Shown: piece after piece, positions 15,224-24,980 of the stretch
Numbering within the stretch: position 1 is the first letter of the stretch
Layout: every line of letters begins with the position of its first letter
Virus record (IMG/VR): IMGVR_UViG_3300032255_000015
Span: 1 to 30,651 of that record
Source of the DNA: a virus
Taxonomy: Duplodnaviria; Caudoviricetes
Strand: one strand, 5' to 3'
Length of the DNA stretch: 30,651 bases
Made by a program: the position numbers and the translations under genes
Notes under the pieces: generated by a model
The model's input: only the letters and a program-made list of their open reading frames with translations
Told to the model about the DNA's origin: nothing
Databases searched by the model: none

Positions 15224-15642
15224 TGCGCGCCAGTGCCATCCGTCGGCTCGTGGCCTCAGCGCTCGAGGCTGACGGGTTTGGCGAATCGAGGTGGGTGTAC
15301 GCCCGCATCGGCTCGGACCCGCAGGCTCGCATCCATCGCACGTTCGCGACCTCTATTGATGCCATCTCGGATGAGGACAGGCCACGCGGGCAAGGCCGCA
15401 TCATCCACGCCACGCTGTCTGTCCAGGTGGTGCTCCGCATCCGTGCGGACTCGCAGGTCGAGGACATGGACACCGCCTACGATCTGGTCGAGGACGCCGA
15501 CAACGCGGTGGTGGGCGTGTCCCGTGTGGACGGCCTGCACATCTGGCCGGATCGCCGCGATCTCCGATCCGCTAGGGACGGCACGTTCGCGATCGCGACC
15601 CTCACCTACAATCTACGACACTTGAACCATTACACAGGATAG
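15220..15642 (+). CDS. putative tail terminator/neck protein
   Basis: 140 aa directly before the tail tube gene; positional call. Confidence 0.45.
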   Translation: MMRASAIRRLVASALEADGFGESRWVYARIGSDPQARIHRTFATSIDAISDEDRPRGQGRIIHATLSVQVVLRIRADSQVEDMDTAYDLVEDADNAVVGVSRVDGLHIWPDRRDLRSARDGTFAIATLTYNLRHLNHYTG

Positions 15643-15645
15643 ACC

Positions 15646-16131
15646 ATGGCAATCCCAAAAAACTTCCGTGATGGGACGGTCGTCGTAAACGACGGCTCGG
15701 CCACCCCGCTGTCTCTCCCGATTGCATTCATTCAGGGTGACTTTTCGATCTCCGGCGAAGAAGCTGGGAATACGGAGCACAGCGCGTACCAGTCCAGGGG
15801 TGTGCTCATCGGGCTCAGAAAGACCAGCGCACTGTTCCAGAGCGGGAGTTTTTCGCTCATCCTCTCGGAGTTCACCCTCGCGTCCGGAGGTACTCTGCTG
15901 GACATGATCAAGGGTACGGGCGCGTTCGCGTCGCGCAGGTCCACCACCGAGGCCAAGGGCGATGTGATGACATTCGACTTGGTCTGGACCATCGAGGGCA
16001 CGGACCTAGGCGACTCGTCCGACCACGTCGCAACCATGTCCGACTGTCACCTCACATTCGACATCGGCGAGGGCGACCCCAACACCATCTCATGCTCATT
16101 CACTTGCTACGGCGGGATCGTCTACTCGTGA
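15646..16131 (+). CDS. major tail (tube) protein
   Basis: 161-aa beta-rich protein ending GEGDPNTISCSFTCYG, upstream of the chaperone and tape-measure genes. Confidence 0.6.
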   Translation: MAIPKNFRDGTVVVNDGSATPLSLPIAFIQGDFSISGEEAGNTEHSAYQSRGVLIGLRKTSALFQSGSFSLILSEFTLASGGTLLDMIKGTGAFASRRSTTEAKGDVMTFDLVWTIEGTDLGDSSDHVATMSDCHLTFDIGEGDPNTISCSFTCYGGIVYS

Positions 16132-16160
16132 TAGCGCAGATTCAACCAAGGACAATCAAA

Positions 16161-16526
16161 ATGACCACCATCACAATCGGGGAGCACACCTGGACACCCC
16201 AGGCTCCCGACGACTACGCGCTGGCGGCGGACATCGCTGGCCTGAGCGTCCACAACCTCGTGCGGGCGTACGCGGCGGCCATCGTAGCCACATGGCGCGG
16301 GCCGAATCGGCCGAAAGTGTCGTTTCGCCAGCACGGATTCAGCGCCGGGTCGTTCGGCGGCGCGTGCCTCAACGAGCTCCACCGGCGGGGGATGAGCGTG
16401 GCAGAGGTGATCGAGGTCGGCACACCGGCGTTTGTCGCCGTCATGGAGCAGTTCGTGCCGGCCGATGAGGTACGTGCGACCGAGGATTTTACCGAGGCCG
16501 ACGAGGTCGGCAAGAGCGACGACTGA
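16161..16526 (+). CDS. tail assembly chaperone (gpG-like, 121 aa)
   Basis: AAGGA RBS; follows the tail tube gene; G GAT TTT slippery heptamer at 16484-16490. Confidence 0.65.
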   Translation: MTTITIGEHTWTPQAPDDYALAADIAGLSVHNLVRAYAAAIVATWRGPNRPKVSFRQHGFSAGSFGGACLNELHRRGMSVAEVIEVGTPAFVAVMEQFVPADEVRATEDFTEADEVGKSDD

Positions 16527-16639
16527 TGGACCTCTGCCACTGGTGGGGGCGTGACCTCTCCTGGTGGCACGGGTTGTCGCGGGATGACCGGGTGCGGTAC
16601 CTGGCTCACTGGAACCTACGGAACGAGGGCGACAAATGA
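16484..16639 (+). CDS. -1 frameshift extension of the tail chaperone (gpT-like); internal ATG at 16526
   Basis: The -1 frame is open from the heptamer to TGA 16637-16639: ...YRGRRGRQERRLMDLCHWWGRDLSWWHGLSRDDRVRYLAHWNLRNEGDK*. Confidence 0.6.
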   Translation, partial: GFYRGRRGRQERRLMDLCHWWGRDLSWWHGLSRDDRVRYLAHWNLRNEGDK

Positions 16640-17034
16640 CGCGCAAGATATCGTTCAGGGATGGTGACGCCGAGGTGGTCATGGACGATACCATCGCGGA
16701 GATGGTTGAGGCTGTGCTTGAGGACCGGCTCGGCTTCGTGCTCCGCGCGCTCGAATGGCACTTCGAGGAATTGCAGGCGAACATCGAGCGTAATTGGCCG
16801 GTCAAGTCCGGTTACTCGAAGCGCAATTTCCGCACCGGTCTCGCGGTCACTGGTCGAGGTAAAGTCAGTAGCTTCCTCGAAAATGACGTGGACTATATTT
16901 GGTTCGTCAAAGGCCGCCGCCAAGGAGGAAGGCAAAGTTGGAGGCTGGTTGTGCTCGGGCCGGCCGAAAAGCTTGAAGCTACGCTAATAAAGGTCGCCGG
17001 CGATGAGATCCTCAAGCTCCAAAAGGTGGGATGA
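16636..17034 (+). CDS. HK97 gp10-like tail completion/neck protein
   Basis: NWPVKSGYSKRNF and LENDVDYIWFV resemble the PVxTGxL and NxxxYAxxV motifs of the family. Confidence 0.55.
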   Translation: MTRKISFRDGDAEVVMDDTIAEMVEAVLEDRLGFVLRALEWHFEELQANIERNWPVKSGYSKRNFRTGLAVTGRGKVSSFLENDVDYIWFVKGRRQGGRQSWRLVVLGPAEKLEATLIKVAGDEILKLQKVG

Positions 17035-18890
17035 TGGGCAATCGCACACGCACACGCACAGTCGGCCTTGAGTATATCGCCAAGATTGACAAGCTCGAAG
17101 CTGAACTATCCAAGCTGCCAGGCATATCTAAGAAGGAAGCACGGGGGATGGTGCGCGGGCTCAACAAGGAGCTCAAGCGCGCGACCAAGGCCGCCAAGAG
17201 TGCGGCTCGCCAACAGCGGGCTGCGTTCAAGAAGCTCGGCGATACATTCGAGGGAACCAAGAGAATAGCCGATGCGATGGGTGGCTCTGCTGCTGGTGCT
17301 GCGGGCTCTATCGAGCATCTTGGGCGGTCGGTGCTCGCCCTTGCGAGCGCGCTTGGACCTGCCGGGGCTGTGGCGGCCTCGGCCGGTATCGCCATCGGGG
17401 GTATTGCGACGGCGGGTGCTGCTGCCGCGCTCGCAGCCGGGGATCTCGCCGATGAGCTGGAGGCTGCGGGACGTGCACCGGTGATCACCGCCGAGCAACG
17501 CGACCAAGTCGACGTGATGGACGCGGCAATCCAGGAGCTGAAGTTCAGCGTAAAGGAGCTAGTTTTGGCGTTCGGGGCGGACTTTGCTCCGGCAGTGACC
17601 ACCGTTGCGGTAGCGCTTGCGGACGCATCGGACGCCAGTCGTGGGCTGGTCGACACATGGAGGGACCTCCGCGATGCGAGCGCGCCCGTAGCCAGGGTGT
17701 TCACCGCGATCGGCAGCGTGGGGCTCACTGAGGCGCTCGCGAGCATGGCCGGCGCGACCTCTGACTACGCCGACCAGCAAGCCAGGGCGGCCAGGGAGGC
17801 ACAGCGATTCCAGAAGGACCTCGAGCGCATGGATGGCGCGATCCGGAGGGTGGAGGTCGCGGAGGTCAAGGCGACCGAGACGAGCCGGGAGCGTGGCCGG
17901 GTGTCGACCGCTGCATCCAGGGCGGCGGCCGAGGCAGAGAGAGCGAAGACCAAGGCAATCGCGCAGGCGGAGAGGGACGCAGCCAAGGCCGCATCCGAGG
18001 CCGCCAGGCTCAGGCAGAGCATCCACATGGAGATGCTTGCTCGCATTGAAGAGCGGGAGGCCGCCAAGGAGGCCGCCGAAAAGGAGCGGGTAGCCAGGGC
18101 GATGCAGCGGGCGCAGGAGCTTGCGGCCTTCGAGCAGGCCCAGCGCCAGGCGGTGATCGACAATGCGTTCGCGGCCCTCGACAGCCTCAGTCAGCTCGCG
18201 GAGGACGTGTACGGCAGACAGGCGGCAGCTGCGCAGGCGGCAGGGGCCGAGGAGATCGCACAGGTGGATGCGCTCCGTGACCGTCGACGGGAGTTGTTCG
18301 CCGAGCTCGAGGAGGCCACCACTGCCAGCGAGCGGGCGCGGATCAAGAGCGAGATCGCGGTCACAACCGCGAGCATCAAAGCTGGGTTCAATCGAGCAAA
18401 CGCGGAAAACAAGGCGATGCTCAAGGCGTTCCGCGCGCAAAAGGCGCTGGCCGTGGTACGCACGCTGGTCAACGGAGCCCAAGCCCTCATCGCTGGGTAC
18501 GCCCAGACTGGCCCCCCGCCTCTCCCCGGCGGCATCGCGGTGTCTGCTGCTGTGGCGGCTTCGACAGCGGCAAGTCTCGCGACCATCGCGCTACAGTCTG
18601 CTCCGTCCATTGCTCACGACGGTGCCTTCATTTCTCCTGGCCCCGATGAGCAGAACATCCGAGCCAGGCGTGGCGAGTCAGTGCTTAACCAGCGCGCAAC
18701 CGAGGCTATGGGCGGACGCGAAGGCGTCGAGGCGGCCAATCGCGGCAAGCCAAGCGGACAGGGCGCGTATATCGTGACACTCGACGGCCGCACAGTCGCA
18801 GCTGGTGTCGCAGACCGGGTGCGGGGTATCGTGCTCGACGAGCTGTCGGACCTCGGCTCTGCAGTCGGATTCACACCTATTTACGGATGA
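17031..18890 (+). CDS. tape measure protein (619 aa)
   Basis: Ala-rich helical/coiled-coil protein with hydrophobic stretches and a C-terminal AHDG...PDE...RRGESVLNQRAT motif. Confidence 0.85.
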   Translation: MMGNRTRTRTVGLEYIAKIDKLEAELSKLPGISKKEARGMVRGLNKELKRATKAAKSAARQQRAAFKKLGDTFEGTKRIADAMGGSAAGAAGSIEHLGRSVLALASALGPAGAVAASAGIAIGGIATAGAAAALAAGDLADELEAAGRAPVITAEQRDQVDVMDAAIQELKFSVKELVLAFGADFAPAVTTVAVALADASDASRGLVDTWRDLRDASAPVARVFTAIGSVGLTEALASMAGATSDYADQQARAAREAQRFQKDLERMDGAIRRVEVAEVKATETSRERGRVSTAASRAAAEAERAKTKAIAQAERDAAKAASEAARLRQSIHMEMLARIEEREAAKEAAEKERVARAMQRAQELAAFEQAQRQAVIDNAFAALDSLSQLAEDVYGRQAAAAQAAGAEEIAQVDALRDRRRELFAELEEATTASERARIKSEIAVTTASIKAGFNRANAENKAMLKAFRAQKALAVVRTLVNGAQALIAGYAQTGPPPLPGGIAVSAAVAASTAASLATIALQSAPSIAHDGAFISPGPDEQNIRARRGESVLNQRATEAMGGREGVEAANRGKPSGQGAYIVTLDGRTVAAGVADRVRGIVLDELSDLGSAVGFTPIYG

Positions 18891-18893
18891 CCT

Positions 18894-21800
18894 ATGCCTC
18901 GCATTGCCCACTCTCTCCGCGGCCTGCTCGTCCCCGACCCGGCGTGGACACACACGCTCGTGACCAGCGACCCGACCGAGGGCGGCCCTCGTCCTGGTGA
19001 GGGCTCTCCGGCTGCACCCACGTCGCTCCGGGTGGTGGGTACAGGCGTGCAGACAGAGGACGTCGACGTCAAGGTCGTGCGCAGTGGACACCCGGGCCGA
19101 CAGTCCGGCCCTGGACTGGTGGTCAAGCTGGCGAGCGACACCGACTATCGCACATGGAGCCCGCCATGGGCGCAGATGTTCTCGAGCGGGATCAAGACCT
19201 ACGACACCACCACCGAGACGAGCCCGAACGCGGCCGCCCTCCAGCCGCAGGGCATCCGGCTTCCCGGGACGACGACCTTTGGGCTCGCACACAATGGCAG
19301 ATTCCACCGATATAATTGGGCCCTCGACACCTGGACCGACGTACAGGTCACGCCGGGTACAAACAGCGGGCTGCGCGCTTGCGACATCACGGCCATCGGC
19401 GACCGGCTCATCTACGCCGCGAGCTACGGCACGGGCACCAAGCGGGTCAACCTCTGGTACAGCGACGACCTGGGCGCGACCTGGGCGGTGTATGCAGAGC
19501 AGGTGACGGGATGGGACACCCCGTCATCGCTCGACGACATGAGCATTGAGTATCACCAGCAGACCGGCACGATCGCCCTGTTTCTCGACCGCGACCAATA
19601 TGCCAGCGCCGACCTAGGCTTGACCTTTGTGAAGGTCTCGAACCTTGGATCCTACGACTCGAAGCCATGTGTCCTCTCGGATGGGACCATCCTTCAGGCG
19701 GCGATCTACAACGCCGGGACGTTGAGCGGGAAATGGGTGGTTCGCCGGGTTGGATCGCCGTTTGACTCGATGGAGAGTTCAAACAGCGGGTCTGGCGAGC
19801 AGGCGCTACCGAACATCCAGGGGATCACACTGTGGTCGGATGAGGACGATGTGGTGTACGCGCTGATCGCTATCACCGGTTATAGCGGCACGACGGTGAG
19901 CGGGTACTCTGTATTCGTCAGCTACGACCTTGGCTTTACCTGGGCACTCAAGACCTCGCGGGCGCTGACCAAGCTGAACGACGTGGTGGGGTCGCTGACC
20001 GCCAGGCTCTCAGTGCTCGCGTGCCGAGGCTCGTCCATCATCCCGCTCGCTGCCGCTACCGGCAACACAGACTCGGGGTTCGAGGTTGGTGTATATACCG
20101 TGCATTTCGCTGAATGGTCCGAGCTTCAGATACCCGCGTTTGGGCCGGTTTCGAGCGTGATGGCGATGATTGACCGCGCCTGGCTCCCCCCTCAGACATT
20201 CGACACGACCGTTACGCCTGGGTCTAGCTCGTGGGAAGCCGGGTACTACGTGCTGAATACTGCTTCGTCCGCTCCGGAGAGATGGCCCACCGGGGCGGTT
20301 GGCGGCGCGTTCGTGACCGCGCCTGTCAACGGCGCGGCGCTGTACTGGGACGTCGAGCCCATCACCGGGACAGGCGTAGGCCGCAGAATGCAGCTTTCCG
20401 TAAGTGACGGGGTAAACTACTATTTCGTCAGATGCTCCATCGAAGGTACGCAGATTCGCGTCTACGACTGGAATGGGTCGACCTTCGTCGGTTCGACAGC
20501 CAGCGATGGACTCGGACTCAACAAGCGGGTGCAGGTCTGGCTCACACTCTCGACTTCCGGCGCGGTCAACGTATACTATCGGCCAGTCGTGTCCACCGAA
20601 GACCTCAAGTGGCTTAAGGGGCCGAGCGGGAACGCAGCATCCGCAGTCGGCACCGCCGCAAACTACGACATCGGCCACACCGGCGTGACCGCGCTCAAGA
20701 GCCACGTCTATGCGATGCACGTCGTCCGTGACGACCTCCCCATCTACTCCGACGCGGCGATCGGCGTACTTGGAAAGCGGCTCGGGCCGACTCCGTACCC
20801 AGTGACTACCGACCCTCTTCGCGCCGGTGTGGCCGAGGTCAATGACGGGTTGCTCCTCGCGGTCGCTGATGGCCCTGGCGTGCTGGGTGAGACGCTCACG
20901 GTCCCCGTCGAGTATGACTACAGCCTGCGCTCTCTGCTGGCCATCGACAGTCCGTCACACGCGCACCCATGGCGGTCGTCCGACGTGATCACGGTGGACA
21001 AGGACATCATCGTCGACGTGGGAGAGCGACGTATCCAGGGTCGGTCCATGGCCGTGCTGCTCCGGCGGTCCACCGTGGTCAGCCTGACATTGGCTGGCCG
21101 CAACGGTGGCTCCGGGTCGTGGACGGATATCGGAACGCTCGACCCGTCGATAACGTACTCATACCGCACGAATGGAGCGACGCTGTACCCGAACGCGGCC
21201 AACCTCGGGCTGCGGTACATGCGCGAGAATGAGTTGGCGGGCGCATGGGTGGATATGGGCGGGGTGGCCAGGAGGATCGCGAGCAACACGGCCGGGACGC
21301 TCGCGAATGGTGCAGGACGGCAATGCCTGATCACCATCTCTGGCGCGGACGGGACCGAGCCTGCCAACGGTACGGCGATCATCCACCCACACACGTCGGT
21401 CATGGTCGTGCGAGCAGCGGCAGTCAATGACTGGTCAGAGTGGAGGGTGCGAATCAATGCCCAGGCGGTCGCGCCAGACGCCTACTGGGAGGTCGGGGCG
21501 CTTCTGGTCGGCCAGTACCAGCCCATCGGGATGCAGCCGTCTCACGGGTGGTCACACCGCAAGCAGCCGAACGTCCGGCAGGTCCGCGACGGGCGGGGTG
21601 TGGTCCACCGTGCCCAGCTCGGAGAGACACAGACGGTGTGGACGTGGAGCTACCAGGACCCACACGACGAGCGGCAGTACCTCCGCGACCAAGACGACCC
21701 GCCATGGATTGGGGGCGAGGGCGGACCGGCCGACTACCTCGCCACCTACCAGGACGTGTCCGGCCTCCTCTGGGGCGTGCTCGAGCGGATGCAGGGCGGG

Positions 21801-21989
21801 GCCTGGCCTTGTGTGGTCATCACTCAAGACCTCAGCGATCTTGATGGCGCGATCACCATCTCCGATCCTGAGGCTTTCCTGTACTCGTATTTGACAGGTT
21901 CAATCCAGAGGAACAACGTGCAAGGCGACGAGGTGTCCGACTCGGTGTATCGTGTCGAGAGCCTGACTGCTGAGGAGGTCGTCGGATGA
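18894..21989 (+). CDS. large tail-tip protein with Asp-box (BNR) repeats (1031 aa)
   Basis: YSDDLGATW, ASADLGLTF and VSYDLGFTW; directly after the tape measure gene. Confidence 0.7.
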   Translation: MPRIAHSLRGLLVPDPAWTHTLVTSDPTEGGPRPGEGSPAAPTSLRVVGTGVQTEDVDVKVVRSGHPGRQSGPGLVVKLASDTDYRTWSPPWAQMFSSGIKTYDTTTETSPNAAALQPQGIRLPGTTTFGLAHNGRFHRYNWALDTWTDVQVTPGTNSGLRACDITAIGDRLIYAASYGTGTKRVNLWYSDDLGATWAVYAEQVTGWDTPSSLDDMSIEYHQQTGTIALFLDRDQYASADLGLTFVKVSNLGSYDSKPCVLSDGTILQAAIYNAGTLSGKWVVRRVGSPFDSMESSNSGSGEQALPNIQGITLWSDEDDVVYALIAITGYSGTTVSGYSVFVSYDLGFTWALKTSRALTKLNDVVGSLTARLSVLACRGSSIIPLAAATGNTDSGFEVGVYTVHFAEWSELQIPAFGPVSSVMAMIDRAWLPPQTFDTTVTPGSSSWEAGYYVLNTASSAPERWPTGAVGGAFVTAPVNGAALYWDVEPITGTGVGRRMQLSVSDGVNYYFVRCSIEGTQIRVYDWNGSTFVGSTASDGLGLNKRVQVWLTLSTSGAVNVYYRPVVSTEDLKWLKGPSGNAASAVGTAANYDIGHTGVTALKSHVYAMHVVRDDLPIYSDAAIGVLGKRLGPTPYPVTTDPLRAGVAEVNDGLLLAVADGPGVLGETLTVPVEYDYSLRSLLAIDSPSHAHPWRSSDVITVDKDIIVDVGERRIQGRSMAVLLRRSTVVSLTLAGRNGGSGSWTDIGTLDPSITYSYRTNGATLYPNAANLGLRYMRENELAGAWVDMGGVARRIASNTAGTLANGAGRQCLITISGADGTEPANGTAIIHPHTSVMVVRAAAVNDWSEWRVRINAQAVAPDAYWEVGALLVGQYQPIGMQPSHGWSHRKQPNVRQVRDGRGVVHRAQLGETQTVWTWSYQDPHDERQYLRDQDDPPWIGGEGGPADYLATYQDVSGLLWGVLERMQGGAWPCVVITQDLSDLDGAITISDPEAFLYSYLTGSIQRNNVQGDEVSDSVYRVESLTAEEVVG

Positions 21990-23536
21990 GGGGCCGCCTA
22001 CCAGCCGATGTCGTGTGGCTGCTCGACGTCACCATCGGGCGGCGGCTCCACCGGTATTCGACGAGGCCCCTGGAGGTGTCGTCCGCATCTGGTGACGTGC
22101 TCACCTACCTTGGAGGGCTCTCGGATATCGCAGCTTCGCGCGGGCAAGACCAGATCCCAGTGCAGGTCATCGACCCGGCGCAAGACTGGGAAGCGCTCCT
22201 CATCGCAGGTGAGCATCTCGACGGAGCACGAGCAGAACTGCGCCGGCTGGTCGTCGGTGACACCATCGAGCAGGCCGAGGTCTACGCCGGAGGATGGCTC
22301 TCGGCTCCTACCGTCGGAGTCCCTGGGCTCACTACCGGGTGGTCGGCCTCCATCTCGTCTGGCTCCCCTCGATCTCGCCAGGTACCCACCTCGGCTGACA
22401 GCTCCACCGGCTGGCCGTCCACCGTCACTGTCGACGATGCGGCACAGGGTGCGTATGCCCCAATGGTCATCGGCGCCCCAGGGCGTAGCCTCTACTCGGC
22501 ATGGCCGGGCGTCTACTGCGAAAGCGCAGGGACAAAGTATGTGATGGTGGCGCGCGTGGCTGGCGCGCAGGATCCAACCGGCTCGACGATCAATATCTGG
22601 GACACGACATCTGGTGCCTACGAGCGGCGGGAGTGTAACCTGTCCGTCATCGCCGGCACTGGCGCGATCTTCGCCGATGTGTCAACGCCGATAGATGGCG
22701 CGTGGACGACTGCCCCAACCTTCGGCCGCGCCTACCACGTCGGCGTGCGGCGCGGAACAACCATCTCGGCAATAAGCGTCACGGGTGGAGCCGCGCTCAC
22801 GGCCGGGGACGTACTCGCCCACATGGCACAGCGCCACATCGCAAGCGGATGGGATGTGCTCGCCCAGCTCCACCAGCGCGACCGTCTCTCCGGGTACGAG
22901 ATCGACGCGGTCATCAATACGCCGGTGGATGCTTGGGCGTGGATTCGATCTGTGCTCATCCCCATCCTCCCCATCGTCCCACGGGTGGCTCTTGGTGGCG
23001 TGTACATGGCCGCGATGAGACTGACCGCCAGTCCGGCCGACAGTGTGGCGTCTCTTGTCGGTGGACGTGACATCGAGCGCGCTTCTGGAATCGAGGTGTC
23101 AAACACCATTTTCAACGATTTCACACTCAAATACAGCCCATCTCGCGGCGGCTCGCAGTACCTCCGCGTCCATCGTATCACCGGCGACCCTGAGCAAGAG
23201 GATCTCCTGAGCTCCACCCACGCGCACCGGCTGTGCAGAGACAGCGCCCGCGCGTATGGACACCGTCCCATGCCTCCGATCTCCACCCGCGCAGTCTGGT
23301 CGGACGCGACGGCCGCGCTCATCCTTGGCCAGATGGCCATGCGACATGCACTCCCGTGGCACCAGGTCGAGTACATCGCTGGACCTGCTCTCGAGTGGCT
23401 GCGCGAGGACGACGTGGTGACCATCACCGATGGCGCCTTCGTTGGCCGTCTTGCACTGGTTGGCCCTGTTGTTGTGGGGGCGGGGGCCACCCGCTTTTCC
23501 GTTCGCTTCTTCCCCCTTTCGCTCGTGAGGCAGTAA
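21986..23536 (+). CDS. tail tip/hub protein (516 aa)
   Basis: Position; C-terminal LEWLREDDVVTITD segment resembles the hub-protein OB-like region. Confidence 0.55.
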   Translation: MRGRLPADVVWLLDVTIGRRLHRYSTRPLEVSSASGDVLTYLGGLSDIAASRGQDQIPVQVIDPAQDWEALLIAGEHLDGARAELRRLVVGDTIEQAEVYAGGWLSAPTVGVPGLTTGWSASISSGSPRSRQVPTSADSSTGWPSTVTVDDAAQGAYAPMVIGAPGRSLYSAWPGVYCESAGTKYVMVARVAGAQDPTGSTINIWDTTSGAYERRECNLSVIAGTGAIFADVSTPIDGAWTTAPTFGRAYHVGVRRGTTISAISVTGGAALTAGDVLAHMAQRHIASGWDVLAQLHQRDRLSGYEIDAVINTPVDAWAWIRSVLIPILPIVPRVALGGVYMAAMRLTASPADSVASLVGGRDIERASGIEVSNTIFNDFTLKYSPSRGGSQYLRVHRITGDPEQEDLLSSTHAHRLCRDSARAYGHRPMPPISTRAVWSDATAALILGQMAMRHALPWHQVEYIAGPALEWLREDDVVTITDGAFVGRLALVGPVVVGAGATRFSVRFFPLSLVRQ

Positions 23537-23868
23537 TGGCAAATTGGGACATCAAAATTGGCGCAACAGCGCGCCGTAGCTACCAGATCCAAAGCCGGGT
23601 CGCAGGGGTGCTCACCAACGTGGACATCACGGGCGCGACCTTCGCGACCAAGCTCCGGCCCAGCCTGGAGAGCTCGACCGTGATCGCCACCCCGACCGGA
23701 TCGATCGTGACCGCAGCCGAGGGCAAAATGAAGATCGAGCTGACCAGCGCACAGACCGGCGCGCTCTCCAGCGGCTCGGGCGTATGGGATCTGTACATGA
23801 CCCTCTCTGGTGACGTCACGTACATCGCTGGCGGGTCGTACCGCATCGCCGAGCGGGTGGCACGATGA
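23536..23868 (+). CDS. BppU-N-like baseplate/fibre adaptor (110 aa)
   Basis: VDITGATF...GKMKIELTSAQTGAL....VWDLYM.....YIAGGSY; TAATG coupling. Confidence 0.7.
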   Translation: MANWDIKIGATARRSYQIQSRVAGVLTNVDITGATFATKLRPSLESSTVIATPTGSIVTAAEGKMKIELTSAQTGALSSGSGVWDLYMTLSGDVTYIAGGSYRIAERVAR

Positions 23869-24980
23869 GCGAGTACACCGCCATCGAGACAGACAAGCAG
23901 GTGACGAGCATCATCGACGGCTACGACTCCGGGTACGCGGCCGGGGTCGCAGCCGGTGGCGGTGGCGGTGGCGGTGGCTCCGGCTCCGGCCCGGTCAACA
24001 CGGCAGCCCCCACCGACACGGGCTCGACCGACGTGGGCTCGGTACGCACCGGCACGACCGGCACCTGGACTGGCAATGGCACCATCACCTACGCCTACCA
24101 GCGGTACCGCGACGGGGTCGCCATCTCCGGCGCCACGTCCCTCACCTACACGCTGGTGGCGGCCGACGCGGGCACCCTGCACACGCTCCGAGTCACGGCA
24201 ACGGACGCTGACGGGAGTGCGGTGCGGGAGACGAGTACACACCTCACACGCCCGCTTTGGCACGCGCGAGAGCAGCTCAACGCCGGGCTGGGCAACCCAA
24301 CGCTCTCCGACCCTTCGAGTATCTCCAGTGGCGAAAGCCTCGACGCGACCGGGACTTTCACCTGCACCCTTGCACCATCCATCGCGGCTGGTACTCCAGA
24401 CCTCGCGGTGAGATACACGCAGGAGGTCAAGAGTCTAGGTGAGAGCTGGACTTTCGGTAAGCTCATCGCAATTCTACGGTCGGTATGGGTCACCAAGCCG
24501 ACGGCCGGCACCGATGTGTGGGTGGGCGTGGCGGTCACCGACGACGCGGACCCTACAGTCTCTGCTTGTCGTGGGTTTGGGGCCGCCATGTCGCTGAATG
24601 CGGATGGTACGACGCAGCTTCGGATGATCCGCAAGTCTGCAAGCTGGTCCCTCAACCCTGGCGCCGCAGACGCCACAGGTACCGATTCGGTACTTTTCAC
24701 AATCACCCTTCAAGGCGATGTCTCGCCGGACACCGCCTATCGGTACTCATCCTCGGTCGGTGTGGACTCGTCTGGTGGCGGGCTCACCAATGCGGAGCGC
24801 ACCGACACAAGCAACCACAGCGGGTTCAGCTTCGAAAGCGGAGTCTGGATTCACCTTTTCGCCGGACGTACAGCAGGCGATGGCATCGCGCCCAACAACG
24901 TGGCCGAGACTGTAGGCTTTCGCGGCCTCGCGTCGCTCATCGGCGCCGACCTTTCAGACCGAGTAGGAGTCGCACCATGA
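23865..24980 (+). CDS. tail fibre/receptor-binding protein with an Ig-like domain (371 aa)
   Basis: Poly-Gly hinge, then PVNTAAPT...GTWTG...YAYQ...ISGATSLTYTLVAADAG...VTAT Ig-like repeat and a beta-rich C-terminal domain. Confidence 0.65.
   Translation: MSEYTAIETDKQVTSIIDGYDSGYAAGVAAGGGGGGGGSGSGPVNTAAPTDTGSTDVGSVRTGTTGTWTGNGTITYAYQRYRDGVAISGATSLTYTLVAADAGTLHTLRVTATDADGSAVRETSTHLTRPLWHAREQLNAGLGNPTLSDPSSISSGESLDATGTFTCTLAPSIAAGTPDLAVRYTQEVKSLGESWTFGKLIAILRSVWVTKPTAGTDVWVGVAVTDDADPTVSACRGFGAAMSLNADGTTQLRMIRKSASWSLNPGAADATGTDSVLFTITLQGDVSPDTAYRYSSSVGVDSSGGGLTNAERTDTSNHSGFSFESGVWIHLFAGRTAGDGIAPNNVAETVGFRGLASLIGADLSDRVGVAP

Noticed and set aside
23955-23990. GGTGGC microsatellite as a phase-variation tract
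   Set aside because: The unit is a multiple of three and simply encodes a poly-Gly hinge typical of fibre proteins.
24485-24976. N-terminal extension of the beta-helix protein (661-aa call)
   Set aside because: It overlaps the fibre gene out of frame and is Arg-rich junk; the RBS and ATGA coupling support a start at 24977.
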